Shown here: piece after piece, positions 27,166 through 36,064 of the stretch
Layout: each line of letters starts with the position of its first letter
Numbering within the stretch: position 1 is the stretch's first letter
Origin: a virus
Strand: one strand, 5' to 3'
Virus record (IMG/VR): IMGVR_UViG_3300012798_000001
Span: 1-64,000 of that record
Length of the DNA stretch: 64,000 nt
Position numbers and translations under genes: made by a program
The notes under the pieces: generated by a model
Seen by the model: only the letters and a program-made list of their open reading frames with translations
Database searches by the model: none
What the model was told of the DNA's origin: nothing

Positions 27166-27475
27166 CGATCCGGTCATGCCGCTCTGGCTCCGGATGGCGA
27201 CCTATCCGATCGCCATCATCGAAGACCGCTACCAAGGCGCTTACAGCGGCGGCCAATGGCTCGCCATCGCCTGCGCGGACGCGGTGGACGACGGCGAGGT
27301 CCGCGTCATGCGGTGCCTCGCCTACGGGCCCCACGGCCCCGACCCGTTGGCGATGGCCTTCTGGACGTTCCCGCCACCTTGGATCGCGGCCGGCAAGACC
27401 CCGCAGGAGGCGCGGACCGCGCTGCTGGAAAAGCTCGTCGCCGCGAAGTCGCAGAGTGGAGCAGGAGATGCTTGA
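27158..27475 (+). CDS. hypothetical protein
   Basis: Internal ATG overlapping the upstream end. 105 aa. Confidence 0.5.
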   Translation: MPDDPVMPLWLRMATYPIAIIEDRYQGAYSGGQWLAIACADAVDDGEVRVMRCLAYGPHGPDPLAMAFWTFPPPWIAAGKTPQEARTALLEKLVAAKSQSGAGDA

Positions 27476-27788
27476 GTCGGGAGGGCTTCGTGGGTTCCTG
27501 GAAGGGCTGGCACTCGCCAGGGTCCAGGAGTTCACGATCTCTGAGAGTGGACAGGTCTGGAGAGGGCTGATGCCCTACCTGTACACCCTGGCCATTGTCC
27601 GGGCACCGCTCCTGACCTTCGATATCGATCGCTGGTGTTTCGACGACCCGGATCTGGCGCGCCGCTGCTTCGCCGACTGGGATGGCCAGGGCGACCCGCC
27701 GGACGGATGGATCAAGCACTTCAACACGAACCGCTGCCGCCCGGATGGCGATCCAGCTAGGGAGTCGATCGGATGGCCGAACCCATGA
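27468..27788 (+). CDS. hypothetical protein
   Basis: ATG preceded by GGAGCAGGAG (GTG alternative at 27456). Confidence 0.5.
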   Translation: MLESGGLRGFLEGLALARVQEFTISESGQVWRGLMPYLYTLAIVRAPLLTFDIDRWCFDDPDLARRCFADWDGQGDPPDGWIKHFNTNRCRPDGDPARESIGWPNP

Positions 27789-28354
27789 CGCAGCGGCCGG
27801 GCAGGCTCGGTCCAGACCCGCTGATGAAACAGGTCGCGGATCTTCGCCGGACCCTCTCCAAGGAGGACGAGGATCTCCTGTCGGTGACGTTGGAGGACGC
27901 GATTGTGCCTTGTGGCTCTTGCAGCGCTTGCTGCCATAGCCCGGTCGAGGTTCGGCCCGACTTCGGCGATAATCCATCGAACTACGAGGTCGGCATCTAT
28001 CGCGACGTCTCGGCGCCGAATGGCCTGGGCCTCCTGACCCTGAAGATGAAGCCGGACGGGTCATGCTACGCGCTGAAGAACGGGCGTTGCACGATCTGGG
28101 AGAAGCGCCCCTCCGTGTGCCGGTCCTTCGATTGCCGGAAGATGTTCGTGATGCACACCAAGGAGGAGCGCCGCGCCCTGGTGGCCCTGAAATACTTCAA
28201 GCAGGCGATCATGAACGCCGGTCGCGAGCGAGCCCATACCTTGCCGAACGGCGAGGCGCTTCGGGCTCTGTGCAAGCGGATCGGCTACGGCCGATTGTCC
28301 ATCGCCACCATGGAGCGCCGTCGCGGCGTCAAACCGAAGGGTCCGGCAGCATGA
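27773..28354 (+). CDS. YkgJ-family Cys-cluster (CxxCxxCC) protein
   Basis: 'CGSCSACCH' plus the distal 'CTIWEKRPSVCRSFDC'. Confidence 0.65.
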   Translation: MAEPMTQRPGRLGPDPLMKQVADLRRTLSKEDEDLLSVTLEDAIVPCGSCSACCHSPVEVRPDFGDNPSNYEVGIYRDVSAPNGLGLLTLKMKPDGSCYALKNGRCTIWEKRPSVCRSFDCRKMFVMHTKEERRALVALKYFKQAIMNAGRERAHTLPNGEALRALCKRIGYGRLSIATMERRRGVKPKGPAA

Positions 28355-28674
28355 GCCAAGCCATCCCGGCGGAGGATCTCCGCGACGAGTTCCTGCACAC
28401 GCTCGCCGGCTATGCCCATTATTGGGCCACGCTGCCGGATAAGACCGCGCTGGAGCGGTGCAACGGGTTCGCCTTCTCGGTGCTGGCGATGCTCGACGGC
28501 TGCAATATGGGACTGCCGGCCTTTGACCTAGTCGCCCGGCCCCACCCCGACGACAAGGCGCTCCTTCAAGCCGAGGGCAGAGATTGGATCGAGGATGGCA
28601 CGGTCATCACCGACACCATGCTCCATGAGATTTGGTCCCGGTACGAGCGGGACGAGCGAGGCACCCCGCCATGA
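28351..28674 (+). CDS. hypothetical protein
   Basis: ATGA coupling. 107 aa. Confidence 0.5.
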   Translation: MSQAIPAEDLRDEFLHTLAGYAHYWATLPDKTALERCNGFAFSVLAMLDGCNMGLPAFDLVARPHPDDKALLQAEGRDWIEDGTVITDTMLHEIWSRYERDERGTPP

Positions 28675-28748
28675 CCGGAACCGAGCGAGCCATCGTGATC
28701 ATGGTCTGCGCCTTCTTCGGCTTCATGGCCGTCCTAGTCCTTTCGTGA
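28671..28748 (+). CDS. possible 25-aa hydrophobic peptide
   Basis: ATGA coupling. 'MTGTERAIVIMVCAFFGFMAVLVLS'. Below the size cut-off of the ORF track. Confidence 0.3.
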   Translation: MTGTERAIVIMVCAFFGFMAVLVLS

Positions 28749-28760
28749 GGAGATCTGTCC

Positions 28761-29039
28761 ATGACCACTTACCCCGAGATCCCGCCCGACATGCAACGGG
28801 CCCTCGACATCATTGGCGATCCGACGCAATTCCTGCGGATGCTCAATGGCCTGTACGCCGCTGCCGAGTTCCTGGAGGGCCACGGCTGGGCCAAGTTCGG
28901 GGTCGTGATGTTCAAGGACGACCATCGGGTCATGCTCTCGCTCGACGGGCAGGTCCAGGTATCCGCGGCGACCGTGGACGCCGAGGTGCCGCTGGAGGTC
29001 CATGAGTTGGTGGCCGGCGGCCGGAGGCACCATGCCTGA
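28761..29039 (+). CDS. hypothetical protein
   Basis: ORF of 92 aa. Confidence 0.5.
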   Translation: MTTYPEIPPDMQRALDIIGDPTQFLRMLNGLYAAAEFLEGHGWAKFGVVMFKDDHRVMLSLDGQVQVSAATVDAEVPLEVHELVAGGRRHHA

Positions 29040-29256
29040 CCCGACAGCCGAGCCGCCGCTGGTGAACATGGCGATTGAGGATCTCCTCGCCCATGCCACC
29101 AACGAGGTTGAGCGGACAGCGATACTGCACACGCTGATCACGATCTCCGCCACCTATCTTGCTCGTGAAGTCGGCCGCGCCCGAACCCGGCTCTTCGTCC
29201 GTGATCTGGAGGACTTCATCCGGGACGCGCAGCCGTCCACGCCCTGGCCCTGGTAG
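29032..29256 (+). CDS. hypothetical protein
   Basis: GGAGG SD. 74 aa. Confidence 0.5.
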   Translation: MPDPTAEPPLVNMAIEDLLAHATNEVERTAILHTLITISATYLAREVGRARTRLFVRDLEDFIRDAQPSTPWPW

Positions 29257-29263
29257 ACCAGCC

Positions 29264-29617
29264 ATGGCCTTCAAGCTCCAGCGGACACGCCAGTGCGCCA
29301 AGTGCCCGTGGAAGGTCTCGACCGACCCACACGACATCCCCAACGGTTACAGCGCCGAGCTGCATCGCGGCCTCGCCAGCACCATCGCCCGGCCTGCTGA
29401 TCTCTCGTCGGCGACGGGCGAGCGGCGCGTCATGGCCTGTCACGAGCATCCGCCCGGCGAGGAAGCCTACTGCGTCGGCTGGCTCATGCATCAGCTCGGG
29501 CCCGGCAACAACCTCGGCATGCGGCTCAAAATGATCGGTTGCGAGAACATCGGGCAGGTCCGGCTCGATGGCCCCCAGCACGCCCGGTTCGAGGACACGC
29601 TGCCGAAGCGGAAGTGA
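29264..29617 (+). CDS. conserved Cys-rich phage protein (DUF6283-like by recollection)
   Basis: 'RQCAKCPWKVSTDPHDIPNGY...MACHEHP...YCVGWLMHQLGPGNN'. Confidence 0.55.
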   Translation: MAFKLQRTRQCAKCPWKVSTDPHDIPNGYSAELHRGLASTIARPADLSSATGERRVMACHEHPPGEEAYCVGWLMHQLGPGNNLGMRLKMIGCENIGQVRLDGPQHARFEDTLPKRK

Positions 29618-29619
29618 CC

Positions 29620-29808
29620 ATGGACGATGCGGAGATCGTGCGGACCTGGAACACGGCTGTCCGCTGCTATCGGAGGATTCGACCGTGGAACCGTCTGCCG
29701 GAGCTGTTCGCCATGGCAATGATCGAGCGCCTGGAGGAGGCCGGGGTGACCGAGGCCGACATCGACCGGCTGATCGGCACTGCGCCGGCCGAGGATTGGT
29801 CGATATGA
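29620..29808 (+). CDS. hypothetical protein
   Basis: ORF of 62 aa, tightly spaced. Confidence 0.45.
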   Translation: MDDAEIVRTWNTAVRCYRRIRPWNRLPELFAMAMIERLEEAGVTEADIDRLIGTAPAEDWSI

Positions 29809-30236
29809 ATGCGGGGCCGAAGAAGCGCCTGCCGAAAGTCGCGGATCTGAGACTGATGCCATCCAAGCCGCCGGTTGTGACGGACGAGCAGCGGTATTCG
29901 CGGTCGATGGAGATCGAGGCCATCGTCCGGTTCGGCCGGGAGCTTTCGGATCAAACCCCGGCCCACCCCTGCTCGGCGACACTCTATGTTGCCCTCGGCC
30001 TGCTCGAAGGGCTGGCGAAAGAGCGCGGTCTGTTGCCGGTCGATCGGGGCGTCGAGGCCGCGCCGGCCCCGTCCAGGCCAGAGCCCGCGTCCGAGGCCGC
30101 CTCGCCGATGGAGCAGTTCATCGACAGCATCTCGGCCACCACGGACCGCTTCCTGGCGGAGGGGGTCTATCCCCCGAACCTTGCGGCGGCGCTCCGGGCA
30201 GAAGCGGACCGCGTCCAGGCGAAGGAGAAGGGGTAG
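29805..30236 (+). CDS. hypothetical protein
   Basis: ATGA coupling. 143 aa. Confidence 0.5.
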   Translation: MNAGPKKRLPKVADLRLMPSKPPVVTDEQRYSRSMEIEAIVRFGRELSDQTPAHPCSATLYVALGLLEGLAKERGLLPVDRGVEAAPAPSRPEPASEAASPMEQFIDSISATTDRFLAEGVYPPNLAAALRAEADRVQAKEKG

Positions 30237-30238
30237 GC

Positions 30239-30445
30239 ATGGCCGAGGATCATTCAGTGCCCGGAGATTTCGTCGGCGCCTGGAAGCCGACCGCGCCAGA
30301 GGCGCCGGCTTTCACGTGCCGCGCCTGCGGCTCTGGCGATGTTTGGTATCGCCGCTGGGAGTCGAGCTGCGGCGGTTACGAGGACATCAACTACGAGTGC
30401 CGCTCGTGCAGCCGGGCATGGTGGGTTGAAGGAGCCGATGCGTGA
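30239..30445 (+). CDS. zinc-ribbon protein
   Basis: 'CRACGSG...CRSCSRAW'. Confidence 0.5.
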   Translation: MAEDHSVPGDFVGAWKPTAPEAPAFTCRACGSGDVWYRRWESSCGGYEDINYECRSCSRAWWVEGADA

Positions 30446-30699
30446 TGCCCAAGACCTTCGGCGAGCTGGGGCTGCGGCCTCGGGAATGGGACGTGATCAA
30501 AGCCTGCCTGCACGCTCGGGACGTGACCCCGACCGGCTACTACATCTGCTCTCCAGGGCAGATCGCCGCGGGCAAGCGGCTCATCGAGCGGGGCTTCGTC
30601 ACCGACGTCACGAAGGACGCGGGGCTGCGCGCGACGTGGCCTGGATGGCTCGTGGTGATGATCGGCCAGGCCAACATCGAGGCCATGGACAAGGCTTAA
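30445..30699 (+). CDS. hypothetical protein
   Basis: TGATG coupling (GTG alternative at 30442). Confidence 0.5.
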   Translation: MPKTFGELGLRPREWDVIKACLHARDVTPTGYYICSPGQIAAGKRLIERGFVTDVTKDAGLRATWPGWLVVMIGQANIEAMDKA

Positions 30700-30709
30700 G
30701 CGAGGGGGG

Positions 30710-30943
30710 ATGGAGATGGATATCGAGCGATTCCAGGCCGCCGGGAACTTGCTCTTCGGCGAGCGATGGCAATGCCAGATGGCCGAGGCGCTCGGGGTCG
30801 ATGACCGAACGATCCGGAAGTGGATCGTCGCCGGCCGGGCCCCCGACCACGTCACCGCTAATGTCTTTGCGCTCATGACCGAGCGGGAGGCGCAGATCAA
30901 AGCCCATCTGCGGAAGCTGCGGAAAAAGTGCGGTCGCGGGTGA
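30710..30943 (+). CDS. small HTH DNA-binding protein (paralog of 19973..20221)
   Basis: 'MDIERFQAAGNLLFGERWQCQMAEALGVDDRTIRKWI'. Confidence 0.65.
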   Translation: MEMDIERFQAAGNLLFGERWQCQMAEALGVDDRTIRKWIVAGRAPDHVTANVFALMTEREAQIKAHLRKLRKKCGRG

Positions 30944-31052
30944 AGGGCGGGGCCGACAAGGAGATCCGGGGTCATCTTCACCGTTCGAGGATGTAGACCA
31001 CCGAAAGCATTCGGCCCCGCGAGTCGTGTAGCAGATCGGAGGGACATGCGCC

Positions 31053-31346
31053 ATGCCGCGATTCATCATCCATCACGACGGCCTCTTCTTCGAATGGTCC
31101 GAGGTCGTCGATGCCCCGGTGACCATGGCCATGAGCCGGGAGGACTTCGTCGAATGGTACACGGATCGGCACGGCCAGGACGCTGCCGCCGGCCTCGACG
31201 AGCGGCTGGCCCGCGCCGTGGAGCATGGCACCAGCGCCATGCGGCCCACATCCGCCGAGGAGATGTTTCAGGGCAACCGAGCGGGGCCGGGCGAGAGCAG
31301 CCTGACCTTCGAGGAGATCATTGCCAATGTGACCTCGAAAGGCTGA
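31053..31346 (+). CDS. hypothetical protein
   Basis: GGAGGGA SD. 97 aa. Confidence 0.55.
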   Translation: MPRFIIHHDGLFFEWSEVVDAPVTMAMSREDFVEWYTDRHGQDAAAGLDERLARAVEHGTSAMRPTSAEEMFQGNRAGPGESSLTFEEIIANVTSKG

Positions 31347-31367
31347 AGGCCCCGCTCGGGCTCCTGA

Positions 31368-31601
31368 TCATTCCCCCCGGACGTCCGGGTTGTGCGGCTC
31401 GTCGGCGGGGTCGAGGGGCTGGGCCTCGTCGGCCTCGCCGGCCTCATCCTCCTCCAGGGTGAACTCGCCGCAGATCTCGTCACCGTCCGCGATCTCGCCA
31501 GCGTTCTCGCCGGCCTCGACCCGCTCGGCCACAGCCCGCAGCAGATCGGCGACCTTGGCCGAGTTGCGGCCGACGACATCGATGTCCAGGGTGAACGGCA
31601 T
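31368..31601 (-). CDS. acidic hypothetical protein
   Basis: 'MPFTLDIDVVGRNSAKVADLL' with GGAG 8 nt upstream. Confidence 0.45.
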   Translation of the reverse strand: MPFTLDIDVVGRNSAKVADLLRAVAERVEAGENAGEIADGDEICGEFTLEEDEAGEADEAQPLDPADEPHNPDVRGE

Positions 31602-31670
31602 CTCAATCTCCACAGGTTGGGGAAGCCCGCCTCCTGCGGGCGGCGCATCCTCTCCCGTTTTGAATCTGGG

Positions 31671-31710
31671 CTCAAAAAGAAATGGCCGCGCCCGTTGGGG
31701 CTGCGGCCAT
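31671..31710 (-). terminator. strong rho-independent terminator (minus strand)
   Basis: On the minus strand the sequence reads ATGGCCGC-A-GCCC-CAAC-GGGC-GCGGCCAT followed by TTCTTTTTGAG. Confidence 0.8.
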
Positions 31711-32016
31711 CAAGTGAGCACTCCAGTCGGCACATACCCGGAGAGGAAAGTGCAGATCGGCGACGCATTGCGCCTGCGGAGTGCTTGGCGCGCACAATAG
31801 CCCAGCGACCGCCTCTCTGTCACGCGCTCGCGTGAAGAGATGGACACTGATTCAGGGCTCACATATGATGCCCTGGCGGCAACACATCAGCACGAGACGT
31901 CTTGCCTGCCTCGGGCACACCAGCGAGCCCCCCTCGTCTGCAACCGCCCGATCCGGCCGGCCCCCTTCCTCCAGCTCGGGGCCGGCCGGGCTCCCAACAG
32001 CTTCGGAAGGCCGGTC

Positions 32017-32262
32017 ATGGACGCAGGCCGTATCCATCCGCCTTGGGACGAGAAGGTCGTTGCCGGGCTCAACCGCTGGCAGTCGAACTGCCTCGTCCAT
32101 CCGTTCACATGCGACAAGGGCCATGACCTGATCGCCGGGCCCAATGGCTGGGCCTGCCCTGCCTGCGATTACATGCAGAGCTGGGCCTGGGCCTTCATGG
32201 CCGATGGCGGCCCGGTGCTGCGCGGCGAGCCGCTGCGTCTGGTGGTCGACCGGAAGGACTAG
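32017..32262 (+). CDS. small Cys-containing protein
   Basis: GGAAGG SD. 'HPFTCDKGHDLIAGPNGWACPACDY'. Confidence 0.45.
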   Translation: MDAGRIHPPWDEKVVAGLNRWQSNCLVHPFTCDKGHDLIAGPNGWACPACDYMQSWAWAFMADGGPVLRGEPLRLVVDRKD

Positions 32263-32840
32263 CTGGAGCCCTCGACCCCGGCGCCGGGCGTGGTATCAAT
32301 GGGCGTCTGCCGGCGTGCCGGGCCATGTGTGAGCGTGGTGGGCCCTGAAATAATGGGACAGGCCAAAACGCCACATTCAACGACACGGCCGAGGTCCCTC
32401 CACCTCCCCCTCGAAAAGCGGCGCACCGGCAGACGCCACCCTCCAGGGTTAGAAGGCCCCGCCGTCGCGCACAGCGCGCCCGTGGCGGCCGAGGCGCTGT
32501 CGCCGCTGTAACGGGGCCCAGACGGCCCGATGGCCCTGTGCGGCCCCTGTGCGCGGCCGGCGGGCCGAGTCAGCCTGGCGTCGGCCTGGCGGGCTTAAGG
32601 GTGTTCGGCCGCCTCGCCCCGCCAATAGGCCCGCGCCGCGTTGCGGTGGCGCTGGAGGGCCTTGGCGCGCTGGGCCTGGGCTACGGCGGCCCGGCGCCGC
32701 ACCTTGGCCTGGAGGGCCTTGCTGCGGCGCCGGGTGCGGTGGCGCTTGGGATGGGGCCGCTCCTGCCGGTTGTCCAGCAGCGCTTGGCGGGCCTCCAGGC
32801 TATTCGCGGTGGGGAATGAGCGATGGGCCATGGCGGGAAA

Positions 32841-32917
<77 letters not shown>

Positions 32918-32963
32918 CCGCGATCATAGGCGGGGCAGGACTCGCTGGCAACGGCCGGCCACG

Positions 32964-33515
32964 TTACTCGGGGACGAGAACCGTCGCGATGCCATCGGCG
33001 CCCCGCAGCCGCCAACTGCCGCCGAATCTCTCTCCGCTCAGTCTGAGGCGCCAGATCTCATAGCCTCGGGCGTGGGACCAATCGACCCGCCCGGTGTCTC
33101 GGAAGCGCCGCAGGGTTTCGACTGCTTCGGAGGCGGTGATCCGTTCGAAGTGGAAGACCGACCCGCGCTCGTCGCGACCGTGGAAGAGATGATACGCGAC
33201 CGTGCCGTCGATCCCGAGCCACCGCGCGGCGATGACGGGGACATCGCGCAGGAGCGACTTGTTCTGGTCATGGGCGGCGAAGTGCCAGAACCGAACCGGA
33301 TCTGCCAGCAGCGCGCAGTGACCGGCCATGCAGGCGGCGGTGCCGCACTCATGTTCTGGCGCGAGCCGGCACATCCAAGAGCCCATAAAGAAGCCGGCCC
33401 GCTGCCCGGTCACCGGGTCGAGCCACCCCTTGTCCCCGGCCGCCACGACCTCCTCCAGGTGGGCGATCAGCACGTCGAGATTGGTCTTGGTCACATTGAA
33501 CGAGCCATCCGGCAT
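32964..33515 (-). CDS. hypothetical protein
   Basis: 183-aa ORF lying between the phosphoesterase gene and tRNA-Met. Confidence 0.55.
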   Translation of the reverse strand: MPDGSFNVTKTNLDVLIAHLEEVVAAGDKGWLDPVTGQRAGFFMGSWMCRLAPEHECGTAACMAGHCALLADPVRFWHFAAHDQNKSLLRDVPVIAARWLGIDGTVAYHLFHGRDERGSVFHFERITASEAVETLRRFRDTGRVDWSHARGYEIWRLRLSGERFGGSWRLRGADGIATVLVPE

Positions 33516-33527
33516 TTCCGATCTCCT

Positions 33528-34259
33528 CTATTGGCTGTCGCGGGACGCCACCGCGTCCTCGGTCAGGTCCCGCCTCATATGCGGGTCGCACGTCACCTCG
33601 ATCAGCTTGACCGGGCCGCCAGGGATGTCGTTGTCGAACACTCCGACGACGATGCGGCCGGTGCGCCAAGCGAAGGTGTCCAGGTCGGTGCGGCCGGCCA
33701 GGAAGATCGGGCCATCCGGGAACTGCTCATGCCCATGGACCACATGCCGGTCCTGGTGGCCGCGCTCGTCCCCCGGCCTGTAGATCTTACATTGCAGCAC
33801 CTCGGGGTTCTGCTCATCGAGCGGGACCTCGGGATCGACGCCGGCATGAACGAACACCCGGTGCTCGTCGACGAACATCAACGGGAGGTTGTCGAGCCAC
33901 TCCAGGTGCTCGGCCGGGACCACGCTGGCGTCAATCGGGGCCTTGCCGTCCATGCCATAGGACAGGAGGGTCCAGCCGCCGCCATTGCCGATCCACCAAT
34001 CCATGATGGACTTGCCGCGGACGCAGGCGACCATCATCGCCTCGTGGTTCCCCTGGAGGCAGATCCAGGTCCAGCCCTCCGGCGGCCCGGCCATGAGACA
34101 GTCGATGATGCCTTTGCTGTTGGGGCCACGGTCCACATAGTCGCCGAGAAAGATGATCGTGCCAGGCTCATCGGCCTCGGCGTAGATCGCGGCCAGAGCC
34201 GCGTCCAGGATGTCATAGCGACCGTGCAGATCCGCGATGGCATAGGTGTAGCCGGGCAT
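33528..34259 (-). CDS. metallophosphoesterase, lambda-PPase/PrpA/ApaH-like Ser/Thr phosphatase family
   Basis: 'YAIADLHGRYD', 'IFLGDYVDRGPNS', 'LQGNHE' and 'VFVHAG' are the canonical calcineurin-like motifs. Confidence 0.85.
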   Translation of the reverse strand: MPGYTYAIADLHGRYDILDAALAAIYAEADEPGTIIFLGDYVDRGPNSKGIIDCLMAGPPEGWTWICLQGNHEAMMVACVRGKSIMDWWIGNGGGWTLLSYGMDGKAPIDASVVPAEHLEWLDNLPLMFVDEHRVFVHAGVDPEVPLDEQNPEVLQCKIYRPGDERGHQDRHVVHGHEQFPDGPIFLAGRTDLDTFAWRTGRIVVGVFDNDIPGGPVKLIEVTCDPHMRRDLTEDAVASRDSQ

Positions 34260-34480
34260 GCTGGGCTCCGCCTCGTCAGGGTGTGGGATGCCGCGGCGGG
34301 GTTCGGGGGCAATCTTCCGGTCAAGACCCCCCGGCCTCCCGACTTATCTACCCCGTCGCCTTGGCCGACGACAGGCGAGCCGGGGCGTCCCCCGGCGGCG
34401 ACGTCGCGTGGAGTGATCCACGCCACCGCGGCCCCGCCATCATATCACCGGGAGGGCACAGATCAATGCCCTATGGTCGC

Positions 34481-34569
34481 TGGTGGGCGCCCGAGGACTC
34501 GAACCTCTCGCGGCCAGCCCGTCTCGGATCGCGCGCCGGGTTTACAGCCCGGTGACGGGAAAGGCGCCC
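34481..34569 (-). tRNA. tRNA-Tyr(GUA)-like gene with non-canonical D region and oversized variable region
   Basis: Acceptor GGGCGCC/GGCGCCC+A+CCA, anticodon arm CCGGG-CTGTAAA-CCCGG, and a T arm with TTCGAGT loop. Only ~10 nt lie between the acceptor and anticodon stems, and ~27 nt lie before the T arm. Confidence 0.5.
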
Positions 34570-34570
34570 A

Positions 34571-34644
34571 TGGATCGGGCGGCTGGATTCGAACCAACGT
34601 TGCAGGGACCAAAGCCCCGTGTCCTACCGCTAGACGACGCCCGA
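34571..34644 (-). tRNA. tRNA-Gln(UUG), CCA encoded
   Basis: Hand-folded. Has U1-A72, D arm GTCT..GGAC, anticodon arm CGGGG-CTTTGGT-CCCTG and T arm GTTGG-TTCGAAT-CCAGC. Confidence 0.8.
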
Positions 34645-34653
34645 GCGGGAGGA

Positions 34654-34742
34654 TGGCGGAGGGCGGAGGGATCGAACCCCTAGCGTTCGTCACGCTACCC
34701 CGGTTTTCGAGACCAGTTGCCGGCCATTCGGCGGCGCCCTCC
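34654..34742 (-). tRNA. tRNA-Ser(CGA), CCA encoded
   Basis: Acceptor GGAGGGC/GCCCTCC, 3-bp D stem, anticodon loop CTCGAAA, long variable arm AGCGT-GACGA-ACGCT. Confidence 0.75.
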
Positions 34743-34745
34743 ACA

Positions 34746-34834
34746 TGGCGGAAGGGGGGAGGATCGAACTCCCGCGAGGACTGGCCCCGGCTACGGTCTA
34801 GCAAACCGACGCATTACCGCTCTGCCACCCTTCC
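34746..34834 (-). tRNA. tRNA-Ser(GCU), CCA encoded
   Basis: Acceptor GGAAGGG/CCCTTCC, anticodon loop TTGCTAG, variable arm CGGGG-CCAGT-CCTCG, T arm GGGAG-TTCGATC-CTCCC. Confidence 0.75.
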
Positions 34835-34922
34835 GAAATCAGAAGGATGATCGACTCGATTGCTGTCGGTAGCGCAGAGCGTAGGTCATGGGCGGCGTAT
34901 ACCACAAGACCGACCGGAGCGC

Positions 34923-35141
34923 CTAGAGCAGCAACTCGCGGAACTTCTGCATCATCGCCACCATCTCGTCCGTGACACCCCTGGCCGCTTGAAGCCGCCT
35001 CTCCATCCAGATCAGGCGGTGGCACGCCTCCTCGACGAGCGAGTACCAGCCCTGCTGCGGCGCATTGCCGGACGTCCGAACGAAGTCCAGAACCAGCGCC
35101 GCGTCGAATGTGTTTCGATCCTGTTCCGGCAGTTCGCTCAT
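34923..35141 (-). CDS. hypothetical protein (paralog of 25692..25910)
   Basis: See the paralog alignment under 25692..25910. Confidence 0.6.
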   Translation of the reverse strand: MSELPEQDRNTFDAALVLDFVRTSGNAPQQGWYSLVEEACHRLIWMERRLQAARGVTDEMVAMMQKFRELLL

Positions 35142-35187
35142 GATGGATGCTCCTGTGGCGGGACGAGGATGGCTTTGGCGCTCGCTA

Positions 35188-35334
35188 TCACAAGCCGAGC
35201 GCGCGAGGCCCGATGATCATCAAGATCACGGAGCAACCGATGCAGATGACGAAGAGTATCGTCACCAAGCGTTCGGCCTTGGCGTCCTTGACCCAAAATG
35301 ACTCCGAGCGCTTGGGCTTTTCCGGATCGTTCAT
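35188..35334 (-). CDS. 48-aa C-terminally anchored membrane peptide
   Basis: ATGA coupling to the macrodomain gene. 'LVTILFVICIGCSVILMIIG'. Confidence 0.45.
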   Translation of the reverse strand: MNDPEKPKRSESFWVKDAKAERLVTILFVICIGCSVILMIIGPRALGL

Positions 35335-35798
35335 GGGCCCCTCTCCAGCGGTGGCGGAAACACGAGCACCTCGACCCCGTCGAGCGTGGTCAGGTGACGG
35401 ATGATCTCCTCGCGAACGGTCAGCCACTCCAGGCCGCCTCTGCCGCAGCCCAGCGCCGGCAGGGCGATGGACCGGATGCCGCGCTTCTGGATTGACGTGG
35501 CGAGGCGCTCTAGGCCCCATGCGATCCATTCGAATTGGCTGGGCCGGCGCCACGACTGTTTCGTCGGGAAGTGGACGATCCACCGCGGCACCGATCCGGC
35601 CTTATAGTCGTACACATGCAGCCGCCCTGGATAGAGCGCGGCCAGGGCACAGGCGGCCATGTAGGATTCGCTCGCCTCCGGGAACCGGGTCCGGAACTCC
35701 TTCGCCAGCCCGGCGCCCATGATGCCCTCGCAGTTGACCGGGTTGACCAGCGCCTCGACCTTGGCGTCGAAGAGAGAGCCGTCTCGATACCGAATCAC
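35331..35798 (-). CDS. macrodomain protein (ADP-ribose binding/hydrolase family)
   Basis: 'EALVNPVNCEGIMGAGLAKEF...HFPTK...SIALPALGCGRGGL' are canonical macrodomain motifs. Confidence 0.8.
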   Translation of the reverse strand: MIRYRDGSLFDAKVEALVNPVNCEGIMGAGLAKEFRTRFPEASESYMAACALAALYPGRLHVYDYKAGSVPRWIVHFPTKQSWRRPSQFEWIAWGLERLATSIQKRGIRSIALPALGCGRGGLEWLTVREEIIRHLTTLDGVEVLVFPPPLERGP

Positions 35799-36064
35799 CG
35801 CCGCCTCCTCTGCCGGGCCTTGCGGCTGCGGCCATGCTCGCCGGGCTCACCGCCGGCCGCGATGAAGGCCCGCCGGCCCTCGTCGGTGGCGCCGAACCAT
35901 TCGGTGGTCTTGCCCTCGACGATCCGGGACCGTAGCGCCGCGATCCAGCCGTGGCGCTCCAGGCTCCGCCTCGTAGCCGGCGATACGAGGAAGAGGGGCC
36001 CGATGCGCCACCCGGCTTCATCGGACCCCCAGATCTCAGGCTTGTGCCCCGAGGTGAACAGCAT
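35795..36064 (-). CDS. hypothetical protein, basic C-tail
   Basis: Internal start 'MLFTSGHKPEIWG'. The longer ORF would overlap the upstream gene. Confidence 0.45.
   Translation of the reverse strand: MLFTSGHKPEIWGSDEAGWRIGPLFLVSPATRRSLERHGWIAALRSRIVEGKTTEWFGATDEGRRAFIAAGGEPGEHGRSRKARQRRRR

Noticed and set aside
32595-32831. 78-aa highly basic ORF (MAHRSFPTANSLEARQ...) starting 9 nt after tRNA-Met.
   Set aside because: There is no SD, and the product is Arg/Ala-rich as expected from GC-rich non-coding DNA. It is not excluded, because it lies within the operon before the terminator, but support is insufficient to call it.
33072-34850. 592-aa ORF on the plus strand.
   Set aside because: It is antisense to the motif-rich phosphoesterase gene and runs straight through four tRNA genes. 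The sequence is low-complexity.
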